DNA of 64,000 nucleotides, taken from a virus. The notes beneath the pieces are model-generated. The model did not search any database. It had not been told where the DNA came from and worked only from the letters and a program-made list of their open reading frames with translations. This document shows positions 61,387 through 64,000 of the stretch, one piece after another (position 1 is the first letter of the stretch; every line of letters begins with the position of its first letter). The stretch lies in the IMG/VR virus record IMGVR_UViG_3300024981_000003. The stretch is one strand, 5' to 3'. Made by a program: the position numbers and the translations under genes.

Positions 61387-61736
61387 GGCGTCCTTTCCGG
61401 CAGCGGTTCAATTCGCCAGCCTTTGTCATGCGCACCGTCGATCATACGCTCGCGGTCACGCTGGAAATCCCGGCGGCCGTAGAAAACGAAAAGCGTGCCG
61501 GGCCCGTGACCATTGAGATCACCATTTTTATACGCGATTTTGGCTGTTCTGCCATCCGGCGTGAGGTAGTCGCCGTAGACGTCGACGCGGGGCCAGCCAA
61601 TAGCTTTCATGGCGTTGTGGAGTTGCGTCATCGTCGGGGCGGTGACGAAGAAGGGCGGCGCGCAATCGGACGGCACCGGCACGGGACCGGGCCGCGTCTT
61701 ATTGAGAAAGCGTGCTTTCCAGTCTTCGAATGCCAT
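61383..61736 (-). CDS. Hypothetical protein (117 aa)
   Basis: Track ORF. No motif recognised. Confidence 0.5.
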   Translation of the reverse strand: MAFEDWKARFLNKTRPGPVPVPSDCAPPFFVTAPTMTQLHNAMKAIGWPRVDVYGDYLTPDGRTAKIAYKNGDLNGHGPGTLFVFYGRRDFQRDRERMIDGAHDKGWRIEPLPERTP

Positions 61737-61751
61737 TCCCCCGCTTCCCGT

Positions 61752-61937
61752 CTAGCAGTCGAACCAAAACACGATGCGCTCAGCTCCGGCATCGCGCAAT
61801 CGTTTGATTTCGTCGAAGAAGCCCTCGCCGAGGAACTCGCGGAACGTGACATGTTTTCCATGTCCCGGCTCGACCACAACAGCGCCGCTGAAGCCCTCGT
61901 ATTGATCGCAGATGGCGAATTGTTCGGCTTCAGTCAT
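61752..61937 (-). CDS. Hypothetical protein (61 aa)
   Basis: Track ORF. Confidence 0.45.
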   Translation of the reverse strand: MTEAEQFAICDQYEGFSGAVVVEPGHGKHVTFREFLGEGFFDEIKRLRDAGAERIVFWFDC

Positions 61938-61940
61938 TCA

Positions 61941-62354
61941 TCAGCTCCGCAGGTGCTTGCAGGCGCAGGGCGCGATTTCATGCGACATGATCGGCGAAAC
62001 GCTTCTGCCGCAGGCCGGACACTTCTTGTCGACGGCGCACGACCATTTGTCCGTCCATGACTCGCCGCAGTGCAGATAGGTGTTGCGGAACGCTGGCTGA
62101 CAGGTCCGTTGATCGTCAAAGGCGTGCGTGCAATCCCGCTCCTTGACGAGAGAGAGGACCCAGAATTGATGCGCATCATAAATGGCGACAATGCCTTCCT
62201 CGTAGCGCACGTGGACACGCTCTTCGGCAATCAGAAACACTTCGCCTTCGCAGCCCGCCTGCAGGTGTTTGCCGACGCCTCCGCTGGTGTAGCCATATAT
62301 AAATTCTCCTGAAACGACCCTGTCGCCGACGGCGATGCTTCCGAGCGCGATCAA
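61941..62354 (-). CDS. Hypothetical Cys-rich protein (137 aa)
   Basis: C-terminal CGESWTDKWSCAVDKKCPACG...CACKH. Confidence 0.5.
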   Translation of the reverse strand: MIALGSIAVGDRVVSGEFIYGYTSGGVGKHLQAGCEGEVFLIAEERVHVRYEEGIVAIYDAHQFWVLSLVKERDCTHAFDDQRTCQPAFRNTYLHCGESWTDKWSCAVDKKCPACGRSVSPIMSHEIAPCACKHLRS

Positions 62355-62387
62355 TTGCTTGCCATTCTTTTTAGGATCATCGCGTCG

Positions 62388-62597
62388 TCACTTCTTCCCG
62401 CGCCGCGCGCGCATGACCTCTATGCCCAGCAGAACCGCTTCGCGGGCGATGGCATTCTTCGAGGGGGGCACCGTTCGCGCCAAACGCTCCTCTTCGAGAA
62501 ACTCTTGTGCGGCGTCCGGCAATTTCAAATGGACGATTGTTTTCATCGCGCCATCTCCGGCAGGCGGCCGCCCCCTGCGATCGACCCGTTTCGACAT
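62388..62597 (-). CDS. Ribbon-helix-helix (CopG/Arc-like) regulator, first gene of the minus-strand operon
   Basis: ATG at 62597 with a GGAGA SD. MSKRVDRRGRPP..KTIVHLKLPDAAQEFLEEE fits the beta-strand plus two-helix RHH pattern. Faces the divergent switch region. Confidence 0.6.
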   Translation of the reverse strand: MSKRVDRRGRPPAGDGAMKTIVHLKLPDAAQEFLEEERLARTVPPSKNAIAREAVLLGIEVMRARRGKK

Positions 62598-62608
62598 GGT
62601 TTCTCCTA

Positions 62609-62724
62609 TCGTATACGAAAATAGACTACAAGATACGTTCATTCACGAAAATGTGAACAAATAACCTACGCGGATTCCCTTGACATGGGAACCGCGGCAT
62701 TGACTTTCGGTTATTTTCGTATAC
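62609..62724. promoter_or_regulatory. Operator-like repeats in the divergent switch region
   Basis: GTATACGAAAAT at 62611-62622 and its reverse complement at 62713-62724. 10-bp palindrome TCGTATACGA at 62609-62618. TTCAC-GAAAAT-GTGAA at 62642-62657. The half-site ACGAAAAT occurs three times. Confidence 0.55.
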
Positions 62725-62727
62725 ATA
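62700..62727 (+). promoter_or_regulatory. Candidate sigma-70-type promoter for the plus-strand operon
   Basis: TTGACT (62700-62705), N16, TACATA (62722-62727). The -10 overlaps an operator repeat. Confidence 0.45.
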
Positions 62728-62882
62728 AATATACACGAGACGTTGACGTGGCCTACCGGCGCCAAGTCATCCCGGCCGAGCCTGAAAGGGCGGACAGCCG
62801 CACTCGCAGAAGCCCAGATCATCGGGCGGAGTTCTGAGGGCGCAGACGGGTGACGGGAAAAATAAAGGTAACCGGGGACTTC

Positions 62883-62975
62883 CACGCAGCCGAGCCCAAC
62901 CCGAGAAATCGGGAATGGCGAAGCTGTGACGGATCGAACCCCACGGGCGCCCACCTGAAACACGGTGCGGTGCCC
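62883..62975 (+). other. Two extended hairpins in the long leader upstream of gene 63012
   Basis: First hairpin: CACGCAGC..GCC..CCCGA-GAAA-TCGGG..GGC..GCTGTG (62883-62928, GNRA loop). Second hairpin: GGGCGCCCACC-N8-GGTG-C-GGTGCCC (62945-62975). Confidence 0.45.
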
Positions 62976-63011
62976 TTTCGGGTATCAACCCTGCCAAGGA
63001 GAGAGCACATC

Positions 63012-63314
63012 ATGGAAATCAAGGTTGGAACGATCTTCCGTTCGTCATGGGGATATGACCAGACGAACATCGACTTCTACGAAGTCACGCGCGTCATGAA
63101 AGCCTCTGTCGAGATCCGCAAGATCGCGGGCCAGCAGACGACGGGAGATGGCTGGACCGGGAAGGTCGTACCGAAGCCCGGCGAGTTCATCGGCGAACCG
63201 ATGACGAAGCGTCTCAAGAACACCTACGACGGCAATCCCTGCATCCGCATCGAAAGCTACGCCCACGCCTATCTCTGGAATGGAAAGGCCGAGGCCTTCA
63301 CCGCTTATGCCTGA
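63012..63314 (+). CDS. Hypothetical protein (100 aa), first plus-strand gene after the switch
   Basis: Strong SD AAGGAGAGAG before ATG 63012. The upstream part of track ORF 62850-63314 looks like structured leader. Confidence 0.6.
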   Translation: MEIKVGTIFRSSWGYDQTNIDFYEVTRVMKASVEIRKIAGQQTTGDGWTGKVVPKPGEFIGEPMTKRLKNTYDGNPCIRIESYAHAYLWNGKAEAFTAYA

Positions 63315-63405
63315 ACCTTCGAGCCACGGCGCGAGAAACCGCGACCGACTTTGCCGTGTCGAATACGATTATCAAAAATTATGCGTCAAGCGATGGAGAC
63401 AATTC

Positions 63406-63939
63406 ATGAAGCCCCTAAAGCGCCGACCAGCTGGCCGCCAACGCGCTGCAAAGCCGGATCCAACTGCAGAGAAGTCGACAACGGCTGAAACACCCTCCCA
63501 ATCCGAAACGATCGCGGCGACTTCGCCGGTCGGGCGCGCGGCCTTTACGATTGATGAAACGGTCGTCATGACCGGCGTTGGCCGGGATTTGATTTACGAG
63601 GCGATCAAGGACGGACGCCTCGTCGCGCGCAAGCTGGGACGCCGGACGATCATTCCAGCCGATGCACTCGAAAACTTTATCTCGCACCTTCCCCGTGTGG
63701 GAGTTGGAAGCAAGGAGAAAGCGAAGTCGGAAGACTTCAAATCCCTGATCGAACGCGAAGCCCATTCGGCAGCCGACCTGCTCGCCGCGCTCGAAGCCGC
63801 CAAGGCCTCGGGCATCGACCTTGCAACCGTGAACGTACATTTGGGGGGTGGATATCTGGGATCCGTCGACGTAACCCAGCGCACGCATGCGGATGGATCG
63901 AAAACCACCTACATGACGCTTTGGATCACACCCTGCTGA
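63406..63939 (+). CDS. HTH_17/excisionase-family DNA-binding protein with C-terminal domain of unknown function
   Basis: FTIDETVVMTGVGRDLIYEAIKDGRLVARKLGRRTIIPADAL. GGAGA SD before ATG 63406. Confidence 0.6.
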   Translation: MKPLKRRPAGRQRAAKPDPTAEKSTTAETPSQSETIAATSPVGRAAFTIDETVVMTGVGRDLIYEAIKDGRLVARKLGRRTIIPADALENFISHLPRVGVGSKEKAKSEDFKSLIEREAHSAADLLAALEAAKASGIDLATVNVHLGGGYLGSVDVTQRTHADGSKTTYMTLWITPC

Positions 63940-63959
63940 ACACCCAACGGAGACATCGA

Positions 63960-64000
63960 TGAAAACTTTCGAAGTCGTATTTCCGTCCGAGCCGTGGCGC
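63960..64000 (+). CDS. 5' end of a hypothetical gene, cut by window edge
   Basis: ACGGAGA SD plus ATG at 63960. Reads MKTFEVVFPSEPW... Confidence 0.35.

Larger units (their letters stand above)
1..64000. mobile_element. Temperate tailed-phage genome segment (prophage or unintegrated phage): HK97-like head, Mu-like contractile tail and baseplate, lysis cassette, xis/int
   Basis: Continuous phage gene order on the minus strand from 62.6 to 15.6 kb. Plus-strand early genes at 1-15.5 kb and 63.0-64.0 kb. No host housekeeping genes recognised. Confidence 0.85.

Noticed and set aside
62929-62957. tRNA-like string GGATCGAACCCCACGGGCGCCCACC
   Set aside because: It resembles a T-loop and acceptor 3' end, but no complementary T-stem 5' arm, anticodon arm or D arm can be drawn. 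It is better explained as part of the leader hairpins.

Overview
The whole 64-kb window is GC-rich temperate tailed-phage DNA, either a prophage or an unintegrated genome. I recognised no host housekeeping, rRNA, tRNA, CRISPR or transposase genes by eye. Layout: (i) A plus-strand early or accessory operon runs from 1 to 15.5 kb. It holds a Gp37/Gp68 protein, dCMP deaminase, xis, a tyrosine integrase, a HerA/FtsK-like ATPase, RtcB RNA ligase, a MazG-like multidomain protein, a DUF4326 protein, a PAPS-reductase-like protein, a LexA-DBD-like regulator and many small ORFs. (ii) One about 47-kb minus-strand transcription unit runs from 62.6 down to 15.6 kb. Its order is RHH regulator, small early genes, wHTH regulator, terS, terL, an unusual fibre-like cassette, portal, a 1338-aa polyvalent protein, MuF, protease, HK97-type capsid, connectors, sheath, tube, chaperone with -1 frameshift, tape measure, Mu gp43-48-like baseplate with PAAR, fibres, three paralogous about 400-aa proteins and a lysis cassette. 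(iii) A divergent switch region lies at 62.6-62.75 kb, and plus-strand genes resume at 63.0 kb. The most interesting signal is a perfect 95-bp non-coding direct repeat (31600-31694 and 60574-60668). Each copy lies immediately upstream, in the direction of late transcription, of a different intrinsic terminator. It is a candidate antitermination RNA, late-promoter leader or sRNA. Other notable items are several families of short conserved gene-junction repeats in the early operon, a candidate intact attP with arm-type repeats between xis and int, an ATPase/small protein/RtcB trio, a fibre cassette duplicated between terminase and portal that includes a protein of 16 tandem 21-aa repeats, and a polyvalent ParB/HExxH protein. 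All functional calls rest on motif recognition and synteny only; no searches were run.
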